From a bacterium (GTDB lineage: Bacteria > Zhuqueibacterota > Zhuqueibacteria > Residuimicrobiales > Krinioviventaceae), in the NCBI GenBank assembly GCA_963674595.2, contig CAXXFV010000003.1, forward strand, positions 288,001 to 352,000: a stretch of DNA of 64,000 nt. The letters run 5' to 3'. Made by a program: the position numbers and the translations under genes. Positions 62,887-64,000 of this stretch are shown piece after piece. Every line of letters starts with the position of its first letter. Position 1 is the first letter of the stretch. The notes beneath the pieces were generated by a model. That model was not told the origin of the DNA. It saw only the letters and a list, made by a program, of their open reading frames with translations, and made no database searches.

Positions 62887-64000
62887 GCTTTCATAGATTA
62901 AAACATTTTGTTTTCGCTCTCATATCCGGGTTATTTTTCTTTTCAACGGGTTATGCCTCCATTCCCCCGTCCGGTATCATGGCTGTTATAGACCCCGGCA
63001 TAACATCAGACAACAGGCCTTTATTGTGGTTGAATTTCCAGCAGGAAAATTCAGAACCGTTTGTAAAATTTATCAAAGGTAAGCAATATGATTACCTCAC
63101 GGTGCTTACAGCACCGGATACAACATTTATATTCGGAATAAATACGGCAGGATTTGCCTGTTGTATGACCTTTTCCCCTGATTTGCCGGGAAATAGTTCG
63201 GGGATGGAACGCCAGTTATTGTCTTTTGCTTTGAGCAACCTGAATCGCATTGATGATTTGGAAAAATATCTCAGATATACAAATAAATCCGGACGCGCAG
63301 TAAAAGCTAATTTTGCCTGTTTGGATGCATCCGGGAAATGTGCCGTTTTTGAAATCAGCAACAACTCTTTAGTACTATTTGAACCAACCCAATATCAGGA
63401 TACATTACCGGCGCTTGTCAGGTCGAATTTTGCTATTTCAGCGACAGACCCAAATGATTGCAGCGTATGGCAATATCACCGTACATTAAAATTACTAAAA
63501 CACGCGGCAGCGCAAAATATTCTCGACTATAAATTTATGCTGCAAACCGTTTCTCGCGATATTTTACCGGAAAACAACGATACAACACGTTGGAACAAGG
63601 ACACCGATAAAAAGTACAATACAACAGCAGCCATCAATCAACACACAACACAAGCAGCAATTGTTGTACAGGGCGTTCATAAGAACGAATCACCGACATT
63701 AACAACGTTGTGGCTGATTTTGGGCGAACCCATTACAGGCGTTGCCATTCCCTTATGGGCGAGTGCGGGAAATCCAACAGACAAAATTAACGATTTTATC
63801 AAATACGCAAACAAAACTAAACGAGAATTTCGCCCTTTTAAAAACGAACCCTTTTTGCTGGATATTGATAAATTTTTAAAAGATGAAAATGGTAAAAGGT
63901 CCAAACTTGTCAACTATGAGAATGAAAATTTTCTCAAAACACGGCAGATGCTGGAACAATGGAACGGAGAGAAACCGGATTTTAACAGCCTTTTAAAATT
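62883..64000 (+). CDS. Secreted Ntn-hydrolase-like protein (C45/C69-like, degenerate); runs off the window end
   Basis: ATG at 62883 overlaps the cdaA stop and the frame is open to 64000; signal peptide, D.RPLLW, GINTAGF, ANFACLDA, VRSNF, IVVQGV, LWLILGEP..GVAIPLW. Confidence 0.75.
   Translation, partial: MSFHRLKHFVFALISGLFFFSTGYASIPPSGIMAVIDPGITSDNRPLLWLNFQQENSEPFVKFIKGKQYDYLTVLTAPDTTFIFGINTAGFACCMTFSPDLPGNSSGMERQLLSFALSNLNRIDDLEKYLRYTNKSGRAVKANFACLDASGKCAVFEISNNSLVLFEPTQYQDTLPALVRSNFAISATDPNDCSVWQYHRTLKLLKHAAAQNILDYKFMLQTVSRDILPENNDTTRWNKDTDKKYNTTAAINQHTTQAAIVVQGVHKNESPTLTTLWLILGEPITGVAIPLWASAGNPTDKINDFIKYANKTKREFRPFKNEPFLLDIDKFLKDENGKRSKLVNYENENFLKTRQMLEQWNGEKPDFNSLLK

Noticed and set aside
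63092-63913. Two short minus-strand ORFs at the window end
   Set aside because: Shadows of the long plus-strand ORF starting at 62883.

Overview
An AT-rich chromosomal window from a diderm bacterium. The 16S fragment, TonB-dependent receptors, fused SpmAB and tilS-hpt-ftsH-folP-cdaA synteny suggest an FCB-group lineage such as KSB1 or Calditrichota (inference). It begins with the 5' end of a 16S rRNA gene, whose leader holds an array of 5-6 tandem sigma70 promoters, followed by tyrS, smpB, tRNA-Leu(CAG) and a short Rho. The most interesting region is a LacI-controlled hexuronate cluster: TRAP transporter, uxaE, two SDRs, gnd, a LarA-family epimerase, a PPi-type PFK-family kinase and a HAD. 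It lacks uxuA/kdgK/eda/gntK and suggests a route from uronates via mannonate/gluconate into the oxidative pentose phosphate pathway, possibly using a PPi-dependent kinase. Other points: a GlmU-like nucleotidyltransferase fused to a galacturonokinase-like GHMP kinase, an HldE with a degenerate kinase domain, three sRNA candidates, ECF-type promoters before both TonB receptors, and a catalytically degenerate Ntn hydrolase after cdaA. Five genes are broken by single-base indels in homopolymer runs, probably assembly errors. No CRISPR array, prophage or transposase was seen.
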